Assembly: GCA_964016885.1 (NCBI GenBank)
Contig: OZ024750.1
Coordinates: 25,978,001-26,042,000, forward strand
Source of the DNA: Eledone cirrhosa
Lineage: Eukaryota
Direction: 5' to 3'
DNA: 64,000 nt
Position numbers and translations under genes: made by a program. Shown one piece after another: positions 25,866 to 37,935 of this stretch (within the stretch, counting starts at the first letter, position 1; each line of letters begins with the position of its first letter). Under the pieces are notes generated by a model. The model saw nothing but the letters and a program-made list of their open reading frames with translations. It searched no databases and had not been told where the DNA came from.

Positions 25866-28800
25866 ATGGCCAATATAAGAGTTGGATGTGTGAACGTACG
25901 CGGCCTGGGGATGCCCTGGAAACAGGGCAAACTCTTAAACGACCTCAGGTCGCACAGTTTGGATGTGGTAGCCATTTGCGAGTCCAGGATCCACGGCGAG
26001 CGACAGCTGGCCCCCATCTTCGATGACTTTGAGATCTACGCATCTCTCTGTCAACCGGGGGGTGGGGGCGGAGTTGCCGTTTTGCTGCGGAAACACCTGG
26101 GCCTCGTAACACAGACGGTACATCTGGACCCGGGGGGTCGACTGGTGGTCCTAGACGTTGACGGTAGTGAAGGTGGAGCGTTCAGGCTGGTGGCCGCATA
26201 TGCCCCATCCGGGACACCGCGGCCAGACTTCTTCAAACGTCTAGAGACTTTTCTGGGAACGTCCCGCTCCTTGCTTTTAGTGGGGGACTGGAATGGAATC
26301 CTAGATGCACGTTGGGACTATGTGGGAGCATGTCCCGATAAAGGGGGGTGTAACAGCCTCAAACAGTTAATCGACCGATTTGACCTGGCCGATAGATATC
26401 GACTAGATTTTCCGACTGCGCCACTGTGGACGTGGAGTAATCGTAGCGGAACATCTAGATCGTACCTAGATAGGGTTCTAGTTAGAAATAAGGATAGGGA
26501 CATGTTAAGCTGTCCACAAATGTTCATGGTTGCCTATTCAGATCACAAACTAGTGACCTGCATGGCCAACCTTGATAGAACCCATAGACAAGGACCCGGC
26601 TACTGGAAGCTGAACTTGTCGTTACCGACAAGCAAAGCCTACAGTAGACGGATTAGGACTTTAGTTAAACAGCACTTGACAGGGGCCATTGTCAACAACA
26701 GATGGTGGTACTCTCTCAAGAGGGCAGTTAGATTAGACTCGATAGTTTTTAGTAAAGAATTAGCGTTAGATAGAAATAGAACCGAGAAGGAACTGGTAGA
26801 TAAAGTAGAAGAGGCAATTAGAAGTGGCAACGTAGCCAGCGTGCTAGCAACGAGAACGGCCTTGGACCAGTTCTTCGACGCAAAGCACGAGGGCTGCGTT
26901 GTCAGAAGCAAAATACGTGCTCTGGGAAACGAGGGAGCCAAAGCTGTTAGCTGGGCCCGAGTGACGGAGGCAAAAAGTGGCAACAAGTCCACGATTCGGT
27001 CTTTGAAGGACCAAAACGGATGCGTGATACGTGAGCCGAAGCAGATGTGTGCGGCTTTTCAGCGGCACTTTGCTCGGCTGTTCGGGGGGAGCGGCGCGCC
27101 GGGAGAGGCTATGGATTTCGGTCCATACCTCGACGGCCTACCGCGACTCTCGGACAGCGAGGCGAAGTTCTGCGAAAAGCCGATTTCAGCCACTGAGATA
27201 GGGGACGCGCTGAGCCAATGCGGCAAACGCAAATCTCCAGGTCTCGACGGTCTACCCTACGAATTTTACGTAGCAATGCCGGACTTATTCTCCGGTCTCC
27301 TGGAAGCGGTCTACTGCAACTGGCAACAGAACGGGAGAATTCCCAGTTCTGTAACCGGCGGCGTGGTCACACTAATCAGGAAGGACGAGAATAAGGGGGA
27401 TGACATAGGCAACTTCCGGCCCATAACTCTGCTAAACACAGAATTACAGATTTTGGCCAAGGTGTTGGCAAAGAGGCTGGCGCTTGTCGTCGAGAACCTG
27501 GTGGGAGAAGCGCAGACATGCGCGATCCCGACCAGGTCCATACACGACAACCTCCACCTCATGCGATACATCATAGAGAGGGTAGGGTGTAAACCCGGCT
27601 TCGGTGGGGCCCTGATCAACTTGGATCAGTCTAAGGCTTTCGATAGGGTTGACCATCGTTACCTGGATGCGGTGCTCGAGGCGGCAGGCTTCGGACCCGT
27701 GTTCAGGGGCTGGATTGCTGCAATGCACAACAGCAACATCTGCTCAAGGGTCAAGGTGAACGGTTACCTCTCGGAGCCGTTCCATATTACGCGATCCATT
27801 CGACAGGGATGCCCTCTCTCCTCCCTTCTGTACGTACTGACTCTCGAGCCACTACTGCGGAAGCTGGAGCTATTGCAGGGCATCCCTCTGGAACCGGGAC
27901 TGCGGAAAGCGGCGTCGGCCTACGCCGACGACGTGACAGTAATGGTGTCGAGCGCCTCGCAAATCGAGAAAGTCGGCACCTTACTAAAGGAATACGAAAG
28001 TCTCACAGGAGCGAAGCTGAGCCGGGACAAGTCCATCGGTTTGCAACTCGGATCGTGGAGAGGCAGACCGATGCCTTCCGATGGCGTCGTCGGACGCTTG
28101 ACGGAAGGACCGGTAAAGCTGCTCGGGGTCTGGTTTGGTCCGGACCTCCAGGTGGAGAAGAACTGGAACGAAGTGACGGCCAAGGTGTTTGCACTCACCC
28201 AGAAGTGGGCCGAGTGCAAACTATCCTTGAAAGGTCGAGCGGAGGTGGCGAACACTTTTATAGCGTCCGCCATCTACTACCGCTTGACCGTCGTGCCTTG
28301 TCCAGCCAAAACGCTCGCCAAAATGGAGCGCGCCCTCTTCCGATTCCTTTGGAAGAGGCGGGCTCCTTTGGTAAGAAGATCCATCTGCTGCCAACACCCT
28401 TCTAACGGAGGGCTGGGGATGCCGTGGTTGACGATGCGCAAACACGCGCTCAGGCTGCGGCATCTCTACGTATTCCTCACCGGACAACCGGTGTGGGCCC
28501 CGTTCGTGAGGCGAGCCTTCCCACGACTCGTCTCACTGACCGAGCTGCAGTCCTGGGTCAAGCAGAGACCGAGGAAAATGGGCGACTGGCACATCGAATG
28601 TGCTCAGGCGCTCACAGCCCTCTGGCAGGCGGACCCGGCGATCAGTGGAGACTCCACTTCGTCATTCTATAGAGGGTTGGTCCGCAGCAAGTGCGACGAC
28701 GCGCTCGGTGAAACTCTAGGCGTGGAGGAAGATGAACTGGCCAGTCTGTTCGGTAGGACCTTCCGCCCGGGACCGATGGACAACTTCCAAAAGTCCCTGG

Positions 28801-29303
28801 CCTGGCAGTGCTACCGAGGAGCTCTACCAGTTCGAGACAAGCTCTACAGACATGGGCGCCCGGGCAGGGACCCTGCAAAAAAGATCTGTCCGAGGTGCGT
28901 GCGAGACGAAGAAACCGTCGCGCACGCATTCATACACTGCCCGGGCGTCACTGACCTGTGGGGATATGTAGAACGACTATTGTCGCGGGTGGGACCAATC
29001 CAGTTGACCACCGAGTCCATTGTCATGATCAAACCGCCACCCTCCTTCAAAAACGAAGGAGACGCGGTTTTCCTTTTTGTGATAGCTATGGCGAAAGAGA
29101 TTGTATGGTGGACAAGGTTGAAAGGGCTGAGGTCAGACACCTTTCTCTCCGGCCAACAACTGATTCTTTTTTTCAAATACCACTTTGGAAGAAGAATCAG
29201 GGTGGAGAGAGAGGTGCTGTACCCCAGCAAGTTTTATGAAAGGTGGGTGAAAGTGGCGAGAATGGCCCGAGTGAATGGGCCTTCTCTCTATATCAGCCTG
29301 TAG
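25866..29303 (+). CDS. LINE ORF2: APE endonuclease + reverse transcriptase + C-terminal Zn finger (1145 aa)
   Basis: APE motifs CVNVRG, ICES, GDWN, YLDRVL, SDH; GPGYWKLN; RT motifs KSPGLDG, FRPITLLN, DQSKAFDRV, RQGCPLS, YADD, LLGV; CPRC..ETVAHAFIHC. Confidence 0.97.
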   Translation: MANIRVGCVNVRGLGMPWKQGKLLNDLRSHSLDVVAICESRIHGERQLAPIFDDFEIYASLCQPGGGGGVAVLLRKHLGLVTQTVHLDPGGRLVVLDVDGSEGGAFRLVAAYAPSGTPRPDFFKRLETFLGTSRSLLLVGDWNGILDARWDYVGACPDKGGCNSLKQLIDRFDLADRYRLDFPTAPLWTWSNRSGTSRSYLDRVLVRNKDRDMLSCPQMFMVAYSDHKLVTCMANLDRTHRQGPGYWKLNLSLPTSKAYSRRIRTLVKQHLTGAIVNNRWWYSLKRAVRLDSIVFSKELALDRNRTEKELVDKVEEAIRSGNVASVLATRTALDQFFDAKHEGCVVRSKIRALGNEGAKAVSWARVTEAKSGNKSTIRSLKDQNGCVIREPKQMCAAFQRHFARLFGGSGAPGEAMDFGPYLDGLPRLSDSEAKFCEKPISATEIGDALSQCGKRKSPGLDGLPYEFYVAMPDLFSGLLEAVYCNWQQNGRIPSSVTGGVVTLIRKDENKGDDIGNFRPITLLNTELQILAKVLAKRLALVVENLVGEAQTCAIPTRSIHDNLHLMRYIIERVGCKPGFGGALINLDQSKAFDRVDHRYLDAVLEAAGFGPVFRGWIAAMHNSNICSRVKVNGYLSEPFHITRSIRQGCPLSSLLYVLTLEPLLRKLELLQGIPLEPGLRKAASAYADDVTVMVSSASQIEKVGTLLKEYESLTGAKLSRDKSIGLQLGSWRGRPMPSDGVVGRLTEGPVKLLGVWFGPDLQVEKNWNEVTAKVFALTQKWAECKLSLKGRAEVANTFIASAIYYRLTVVPCPAKTLAKMERALFRFLWKRRAPLVRRSICCQHPSNGGLGMPWLTMRKHALRLRHLYVFLTGQPVWAPFVRRAFPRLVSLTELQSWVKQRPRKMGDWHIECAQALTALWQADPAISGDSTSSFYRGLVRSKCDDALGETLGVEEDELASLFGRTFRPGPMDNFQKSLAWQCYRGALPVRDKLYRHGRPGRDPAKKICPRCVRDEETVAHAFIHCPGVTDLWGYVERLLSRVGPIQLTTESIVMIKPPPSFKNEGDAVFLFVIAMAKEIVWWTRLKGLRSDTFLSGQQLILFFKYHFGRRIRVEREVLYPSKFYERWVKVARMARVNGPSLYISL

Positions 29304-29542
29304 ATTGAGGAAAAGGAGGAGGAGAGAAAAGGAGTACAAGCTCTTCGTACTCCTGGAGATGAGGGTTGCACATTTTTTTCGGGGGTATGTGTTACCCATA
29401 TAAACTGTCTCCCTCTATTGGGGAAAATCGACTAACTTTTAAATTCCATCTGTGATAACATTTTACACGTTTTTATTGTATGTAAACTTCCCCCTTTGTA
29501 TTTGTCCCCTTCTTTTGTGCCCCTATGGCTAATAAAGAAATA

Positions 29543-29575
<33 letters not shown>

Positions 29576-30765
29576 GTGGAAGAAGCAGGCTCCGCTGGTG
29601 AGGATATCCGCCTGCTGTCAGCACCCCTCCAACGGAGGCTGGGAATGCCGCGGCTGATGATGCGCAAACATGCGCTGAGGCTGCAGCATCTCCAGGTATT
29701 CCTCACCGACCCCCAACCGGTGTGGGCACCATTTGTGAGCAGGCTTTCCCACAGCTCGTCTCGCTGACGAAGCTGCAGTCCTGGGTGAAGAAAAGACCGA
29801 AAACGATGGGCGCCTGGCACATTGAATGCGCTCAGGCGCTCACAGTCCTCTGGCAAGCGGGCGCAGCAATCAGTGGAGACTCCACTTCGACATTCTATAG
29901 AGGGTTTGTACCTTACAAGGGCGACGGCGTGCTCGGAGAGATTCTGGGCGTCGAAGAAGATGAGCTCGCCAGTCTGTTTGGTAGGACTTTCCGCCCGTGA
30001 CCTATGGATAACGTCCAGAGGTCCCTGGCCTGGCAGTGCTACCGAGGAGGTCTACTGGTTCCTGACAAGTCCTACAGGTACGGACGCCCCGGCAGGGATC
30101 CTTCCAAGAGGACGTGTCCAAGATGCGCACAGGACATTGAAACAGTCCTGCACGCAATTGTACACTGCCCGAGCCTAACCGACTTGTGGAACTATGCAGA
30201 ACAACTGCTGTCGCGTATGGGACAAATCCAGTTGACTGCCGAGTCCATAGTATGGATCAAACCGCCAGCCTCTTTCAAAAACGAAAGAGAGACGGTTTTC
30301 CTCTGTACGGTGACTATGGTCATAGAAGTTATATGGTGGACGAGGTTGAGAGGACTCAGGACAGATGCCTTTCTCTCCGGACAACAATTGATTCCGTTCT
30401 TTAAGTATCACTTTAGAAGGAGAATCAGGGTGGAGAGAGAGGCACTGCACCACAGTAAGTTTACTGAAAGGTGGGTGAATGAAGCGAAAATGGCCCGAGT
30501 GATTGGGCCTTCTCTGTTTATAAGCCTGTAGGTTGAAGAAGAGAGCAAAAGGAAGAAAGGAGAACTTGCACAACACGCTACTGGAGTTGAGGGTTGTTCT
30601 ATCGACGGAGTATTAAATAACCCATCTGTGGCCCCTCGCCCCTATTGGGGATTTCGATTGTTGTAATTGTTTGTTTTTATATTTGTTACACGACTATGTA
30701 AAATCCCGGGCATGTCTTTGTATTGTCCCCTTTTCTTGTGCGCCCTTGTGGCTAATAAAAAAAAA
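29576..30765 (+). mobile_element. Tx1-clade LINE, 5'-truncated, decayed (subfamily B)
   Basis: Diverged ORF2 C-terminus (MDNVQRSLAWQCYRG...CPRC...GPSLFISL) with frameshifts and stop; TATC both sides. Confidence 0.92.
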
Positions 30766-30883
30766 TCTATCTATCTATCTGTCTATCTCCAACAGGGGGC
30801 TCAAACATTCGGCCCACGAACTAATTTTCTGTGGCCGGTGGTAGAACCAATATTTCATATTGCATTATAACTGGTGAAAATAA

Positions 30884-31100
30884 GGCGGTGAGCTGGTGGA
30901 ATCGTTAGCACATCTGCCGAAATGCTTAACGGTACTTCATCCGTTTTTACGTTCTGAGTTCAAATTCCGCCGATCTCAACTTTGCTTTTCATCCTTTTGG
31001 GATCAATGAATTAAGTACCAGTTGTGAACTAGGATCGATGTAATCGACTGAACCCTAAACGCCAAATTTCATGCCTTGTTCCCATAGTAGAAATGATTAT
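30884..31100 (+). mobile_element. SINE (Deu/Nin-like family), paralog of 1876-2090
   Basis: Same sequence and same flanks. Confidence 0.7.
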
Positions 31101-31249
31101 AACAGGTGAAAATCTTCACCCACCACCACGTTTGGCCCACTGTGCCTCCCCCAGGACGTAATGGCCCTGTTGTGTCCTTGAGTTTGAGACCCCTCTTCTA
31201 CACACACATATACATACTTTACTTTTTTTCTGTCTCTGAACTACGCCCG

Positions 31250-31475
31250 TGCTGGAGCATCACCTTGGTAAGTTATTGGGACATCAAGAAACCAACAAGC
31301 ATTGGTGGGAGGGCAAACACAAACGCAAAGACACACACAGACATATATACATATATACGACGGGCTTCTTTTAGTTTCGGTTTATCAAATCCACTCACAG
31401 GGCTTCGGTCGGGCCGGGCAGTGGGACTGAACCTGGAAATATGTGGCCGGAAACAAGCCTCTTGTCACACTTCGC

Positions 31476-31478
<3 letters not shown>
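31250..31478 (-). mobile_element. SINE (second family)
   Basis: tatacgacgggcttcttttagtttcggtttatcaaatccactcacagggcttcggtcgg; paralog of 2256-2445. Confidence 0.55.
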
Positions 31479-31524
<46 letters not shown>

Positions 31525-31563
31525 CATATATATATATGTGTGTGTGTGTAAAATATATATTAT

Positions 31564-31623
<60 letters not shown>

Positions 31624-31704
31624 TTACACACATAAATATAAATGCATGTATGCATAGCTATATACATACGTAAATGTATGTATGTATATATGTCTGTATG
31701 TATG

Positions 31705-32277
31705 TCAGGTCACCAGTTCGTGCTACTGGTAACATGTATCCCAGTACAACCTGTCTCATGGTTGGGTCATTGGCGACTAAACTGGCAACCCCACCAAGGT
31801 TTCTTTGTGAGGAGAGTGACTTTGGACATCCTGCAGGACTAAAAACAAAACTTGTCAAAGGGCAAGGGAGCTCTTAAGAGTCAATGGCCATCCAAAATTA
31901 CCGGGAGAGATGACGCCTTAGCCTTTGTCAAGGCAGAATTCTAGGAGAAGGAAAACTCTGATATAACACCGGCAACTCTGATGGTATCCAATGATGTTGA
32001 TTGTTCTTCTTTTTGATAAATATCATCTTGGTTAAGAGAGTGGGACTGGCTTTGTGCAGTGCCTTTGCTCACTATAAAAGCTTCACGGCACAGGCATTGC
32101 TTTATATCTGGAGATCTCTCTGCACTTGTCGTCACATGGTAGCATGGGCCCAGCACTATGTGACAATAATTGTCACAAGTGTAGTGTTTGTACCAGAGTT
32201 TTCAAGTCGCTGGCTGGACTAAAAAGTCACACTCGTTCAGCGCATCGGTAGGGGTTCTCCTACGTGGATATAAAGTA
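31705..32277 (+). mobile_element. Third copy of the (TATG)n-flanked repeat, 3' end truncated
   Basis: Matches 3510-4079. Confidence 0.6.
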
Positions 32278-32320
32278 TATACATGTATGTATGTAGATTT
32301 ATATATATCTATATATGTAG

Positions 32321-32380
<60 letters not shown>

Positions 32381-32509
32381 TAAAATAACAGATTAAAGTT
32401 TAAGCAAAGAATCGCTGCTTTCCCCCTTAACGGGATCTTGGTTCTTATATATTTGATATATATCTTTCTTATCGAGCCCTCTTTGGATTTTAGTCTTCAA
32501 TATTATTAT

Positions 32510-32564
<55 letters not shown>

Positions 32565-32704
32565 TATATATATAAATCTACATACATACATATATATCAA
32601 TGTATGTAGATTTATATATATATAAACGCTTCCCTAATGTTCCCTTGCTCCGTAGATCCAAAACACCCCAGGGGTGCATATGCCCACCTTTGAGAACCTT
32701 TGAT

Positions 32705-34450
32705 CTACATCTAGCTCCCTAAGTGTCCACCATACAACGGAGAATGGGACCCTGTCAAAGGGTTCTCCTTGTCTACAAAATCTAGATACAATGGCTTACA
32801 CTTCGCTAAGTACCTCTCAAGCGTTCGTCGCACTATAAAGGGGGAATCAATGGCACTCTTCTTCTTCTTCTTCTTCTTCTTCTTCTTCTTCTTCTTCTTC
32901 TTCTTCTTCTTCTTCTTCTCCTTCTTGTTGCTAAAATGGTAGTGGATGGGGTAAGAGTCTTCAACCATTCCTTCCAGTGGGTTTGTCAGAAGCAACCGTC
33001 TCCAAATAATCCGGCTGGATCCCCAATCTAGACCAGATGTGCTCATGGATGTTATCCAATCATCTTGCGCGGTCTCTATCTCTGGGCTTCCTTCCGGTTG
33101 CGTTTACCCGTAAAATATTTCTAGAGATTTTTTCCCCGAGACATTCTAAACGCATAGATATAGTATCGTATCTGTAATCTCACAATTCGGAGAAGTAGCA
33201 ACTCTCCCTGGACGGAGACCTGATCTCCAAGCTACGCACCCTACTGAGTAACGTTACTCAAAATACCTTTTGGAGGAACCCCAATGCTGACGCTTGTATT
33301 GACGACCATATTCGTTTCGTCATTACCCAAGATTCATGACCATAATAAGTGTTGACACGAATACCGTACTGAAGATAACCAGTTTGGATTCTTCACCTAC
33401 ATCCCTTCTTCTGAATAACAACAGCTGAAGCTGGCGCATTACAGCACCTGCTCCTGCAATTCTTGCACTTAATTCAGCCTCATGAGTTTCATCACTTGTG
33501 AACATTGCCCCGAGATACATGAATTTCTCCACCTGTTTCAGTGGAACCCCATTCATATATAGATTGCAAGGCACAATATTCCTTGAGACGACGAGTATCT
33601 CAGTTTTCTCAGCATTGATTTACATTCCAGCCATGTAGAACTTGATATCAAACCTACAGAGTGCAATTTGGTGATTACCTTCTGCCGAATTAAGGAATAC
33701 CGAGTCGTCTGAAAATTCTAGCCGACTGATTTTACACTTGCCAGTCATGATACAACTTCTAGCCCGACTGCCCATGTCAATCATTTTCATGTAAATAATG
33801 AAACACGCATCCTTGGCAGAACCCGACTCCCATATTGAATGATTTCCATTTAGCACCATTTATCCAGTAGTAGTCCTGCCTAACATAAATTCAAACGTCA
33901 TCTTATCTACTTTGATTATCTCCCGGATTAATCATGCTATAACATTTTCAACAAATTTTATGATATGGTCAATCAACTTGATACTTCTATACTTCTTCTC
34001 TCTCATTGCCCTTGTAGAAGTTGACAATAACTTTGATGCACCAGTCATTGGATATGACACATTTCTGGTACTACTTGATTAACTATATGTCCGACTAGCA
34101 CATATCCTACAATGTCGGGTGCTTTTAGCATCTCAACAAATATACCAGATGGTCCAGTGGTCTTCTCTAGTTTCATGTCCCTAATTGCTTTATCTATGTC
34201 ATTGCTGTCAACTTCTTAGCTGATCCCTTAGTCAGATCTACATGTGGTAAGCCCTTACTGTCTCTTCGTTCAGTAGTCTCTCGTAGTAAGTACTTCTTTT
34301 CGGCATAAGACAGGGTAGGTGTTCTACTATCATTTCGACCATTTCACGATTTTCTCTAGCACACTCTCTTGCAATCCGATATACACCCGTCAGCTGTTCT
34401 ACGCGACGAAGAACATGAGCAACTGTTTTTATCCCTCTGCCCTTGCTAGG
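32705..34450 (-). mobile_element. Nested decayed RTE-type LINEs
   Basis: RRTLERYLAKCKPLYLDFVD (32711-32850); QVEKFMYLGAMFTSD...ELSARIAGA (33323-33574); inner copy ends in a (GAA)n tail. Confidence 0.7.
32857..32927. repeat. (TTC)n, probable tail of the minus-strand RTE
   Basis: About 23 units. Confidence 0.85.
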
Positions 34451-34861
34451 TATACCTAGTTAAACCTAATTAAGGAGATAATGGATGTAAGGGTGGGTAG
34501 GAAGACTGGACAAAAGAAAGAGAGGAGTCAAGCTGTTCAGGCTAGAAAGAAGTGGGGCTGATAGAATACTCGATGTAACGGCCGTATAGCTCAGGGGTAG
34601 GTGCAGTATACTGGGAGAAAATTTGAGCTTCGTGGTAGCTGACAAACAAGTCGGCGTATTTCGTGCACATTCAATTTACCATGGCTATCCCAGTAATTTG
34701 TTGGTAATACTTTCCCGAAATCGTTGAGGTTGAGAACAACTGAATCTTTTATCACCTCTTTAATCTTATAATAATTGATATGGTATATAATTGATACCTC
34801 ATTTATAACTGTATTTAATTAATGGTATCTTCAACATTGTCATGTATATTGATATTTTCTG

Positions 34862-34981
34862 AATGCCCAGCAGGAAAGTACGGTGAGTTTTTTCGATTGA
34901 CAAAAACAGTAAGTGTGACAAGCTAACTGGAAGGTATCCAGCTGGATGTGCTGCAGGTTATAGGGAAACAGCTGCAACGCA
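34862..34981 (+). pseudogene. Decayed EGF-like pseudo-exon
   Basis: ECPAGKYGE...[27 protein letters not shown] with deletion and frameshift; acceptor CAG>CTG; donor weak. Confidence 0.65.
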
Positions 34982-35007
34982 GTTATTTCCCAATGATGCT
35001 AAGTTTT

Positions 35008-35133
<126 letters not shown>

Positions 35134-35468
35134 GGGTAACAGATTATTGTTATAAGTAGTCCACTTAAGTGTAGTCCAGTTATGGTACTCCGAGTAGTGG
35201 ATGATATCAACGCTTGGCTAAGTTTGACTCAACAAGTCGTTTCCATAGTGATGCTGTGAGTACGCGGTAATTTATATGTTGTTAACACTTGGAGTAATGA
35301 TAAATCAGGAAAGAAGTTTGACACGGTTTGCTATACAAAAAAGGTTTTTAATCTCATTGCTGACACTTGTTTCTCTGTACTGGTAGGTCTAGAGATCAGA
35401 ACAATAACAACAATACTAACAATGCTAGCAATAAATTATTTGAAATAAACACAACATCAATCTAGGTG

Positions 35469-35541
<73 letters not shown>

Positions 35542-35559
35542 TGAGGGAGAATAAGAAAA

Positions 35560-35890
35560 TGCGAAGTAGTTTCAGATGTTAAAGTCCTTTAATGATAATG
35601 TTGTGATATATCTTTCAATGACGACAGTGGCCACACGCTTCCGTGTACCCAGTGCCATGACATCATCAGACAGCTTCTTACTTAATGAGGTTATGTTCCC
35701 GAGGCAATCCAAATTGAATCGACAAGGGAACGGACAAAGCCAGTGTTCTTGAATCCTTCCCCCGATCCCTTGTGTGTCCCAATTCACCTTCACCGGTTTG
35801 CGCAGGGGCAAGTCGAAGGAAGTTGAGCATCCACCACCCGAAAACTCTACGAAACTCATCTAGGCAGGTCCCCTCACACCCCAACCATGT
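35560..35890 (-). mobile_element. PLE 3'/pLTR fragment, same family as 52908-53590 and 54917-55506
   Basis: Reverse-complement similarity; carries an HHR. Confidence 0.6.
35600..35674 (-). ncRNA. Type-I hammerhead, partly decayed
   Basis: gctgt-CTGATGA-[long stem II]-GAAAG-atat-ATC-acaac. Confidence 0.6.
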
Positions 35891-36608
35891 CTGTAATATG
35901 GTAAAAGAGTGGTAAATTAACGTGTTTTCTTATTTGTGGGATGACTCTATCCAACATTTTTTTGCTAATTATTCCAATATCAGATTTGGAGGGACATATA
36001 AGTCTTATAGAACGATTTGTTTATATATATATATTTTTTTTTAATATTCTTCTTTTTATTTCTAAATTTATAGATACATTTTTAAATAGGCAGTTTGTCT
36101 GACACCCGTAAATACTGACCCCCCCACCTACTTTCTGTATCTGGATCTAAATATATGTGGCAGTGCTTATGTGCGCGCCTTAATGTCCATATGCTTATGA
36201 TAATAATATATACACATATATGTGTGTGTGTGTGTGTGGGTGTGTGTGTGTGTATGTTCGTGGTTATGTGTATGTTTATGCGTATATGCGCGTGTGTGTG
36301 TGAATGTATGTTTATGTGTGTATATATGAATGTATATATGTTTATATACGTATATGTATTTTATCTGTAGATTATAAACATACAGAGACATTAGCCCTGA
36401 ATTTTTGTATTTACATACATTTTTTCGACATGTGTATGCATGTGAACATATATTTTTATGCATATCTGTGAACGAAGTTACTTACATATATACACACACC
36501 TAACTGTATTTTCTGGATATATTTTTTTGTGTATTTCATTGGTCAATTTGAACTCTGTTCCCAAACAGACCTGTAATTTTGAATTGTTGTTATTATCAAT
36601 AAATATAT

Positions 36609-36761
36609 TTCATTATTTCTGAAGACGGCATATATATGTGTTGGTATGTATATTAAATTTGATAGTTTGTATAATTTTGTATAATTTTGTACATAGATCT
36701 GTTGAATATGCATGCCAATTCTAACACATATATGTCCTAGAAACGATCGTTAAATAATGAA
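36609..36761 (+). ncRNA. Type-I hammerhead with ~114-nt stem-loop II
   Basis: ttcattattt-CTGAAGA-cggcatatatatgtgtt...aacacatatatgtccta-GAAAC-gatc-GTT-aaataatgaa; perfect 10-bp stem I. Confidence 0.8.
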
Positions 36762-36955
36762 CTTTTTTTGTTTAATATAAGGAACTGTTTCATTGTTTTA
36801 TTCATTATTTTTTTAATATTCTATCTTGACTCTGTATTCCGTTTATCTTTCACCGAAAGTGATTTTTGAATGCATCTCTTCTTTCCATGATATCCGGATT
36901 ACATTGAGTTCTTCATACGGATTGGACACTACCGTAAACGCTTGGTAGATTTATC

Positions 36956-37028
<73 letters not shown>

Positions 37029-37935
37029 ACTAGAAATTGGTTAACATATAAATAAACATGAATAATCACAGGAGATAATTTTTACAAGTGTGTAACCACA
37101 CATAGCTAGGTGGGTAACTAAATAAAGTTGACCAGAACTTCAAAAATAGATACCTTATAATATGATTAATCTTCCCTGTATATATTCCATTAAAGAAATA
37201 GATTTCACCAATTAATCGGATGGTAAACCACGGAAGTGAAGACTTGGATTTTCAACAAGGAAGAAATCTCAGCGATCCGTGTTTACACTTCAAGTTCAAA
37301 TCAGCGACTGGCCAGCAACACTTGGTATATCTACTAGACATACACACATCATACTAGCTTCGTCCCAGTGGCGTGGATAGGGTTATCGACAACTAGAAAC
37401 AGCAGTCGAGTCCTTTGATTTATCTTAATTTTGTATATATATATATATATATATATATAGTTAAAAGAATAGAGGTGTAACACACACGTTATTATATATT
37501 GGTAAACGGAATATAAAATGCTGACAAATTGTGTGCATGTGTTTGTGTGTGTGGAAATATGATGTTTAATATAGAAATCGCTACTACAGGACTACTTTTG
37601 AATGAAATAGTTCTAATAGTTCTAAATGTATGTATATATACGTACATATATATATACATGCTACTGTACGTCTGTATACATATATGCATGTACGTATACA
37701 TACTTATATTTAAGTATCAGCCGTACTAAGAGTGAGAAATGAAATTTCATTATTTCCATTTATTGTTTTCGGTACGCCCGGCCGACTAACTCACTCGATA
37801 TGCAAATTAGGTTGCTCAGTCGTTAATATGCATAAGGAAACTATATACTTTCAAAGGTTCAATCAACTGACAGGAAGGTATACGGTGCTGATGACAGATC
37901 AGAGCAAACAGCACGGACACTCTATCTCAAAATTA

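Larger units (their letters stand above)
23698..29541 (+). mobile_element. Full-length Tx1/L1-clade LINE (~5.84 kb) in (TATC)n
   Basis: Starts CAGTC right after TATC repeats; ~218-nt 5' UTR with hairpins; two uninterrupted ORFs 33 nt apart; 3' UTR ending AATAAAGAAA(TATC)n. Confidence 0.95.

Noticed and set aside
22341-29399. Overlapping and antisense ORFs within the LINEs
   Set aside because: Shadow frames of GC-rich ORF2; no independent motifs
32405-32460. Minus-strand ccaagatcccgttaagggGAAAGC HHR-like motif
   Set aside because: Core degenerate and no NUH; not callable
35355-35402. Minus-strand CTGATCTCT...AGAGAAACAAGTGTC
   Set aside because: Core truncated and stem I absent; relic only
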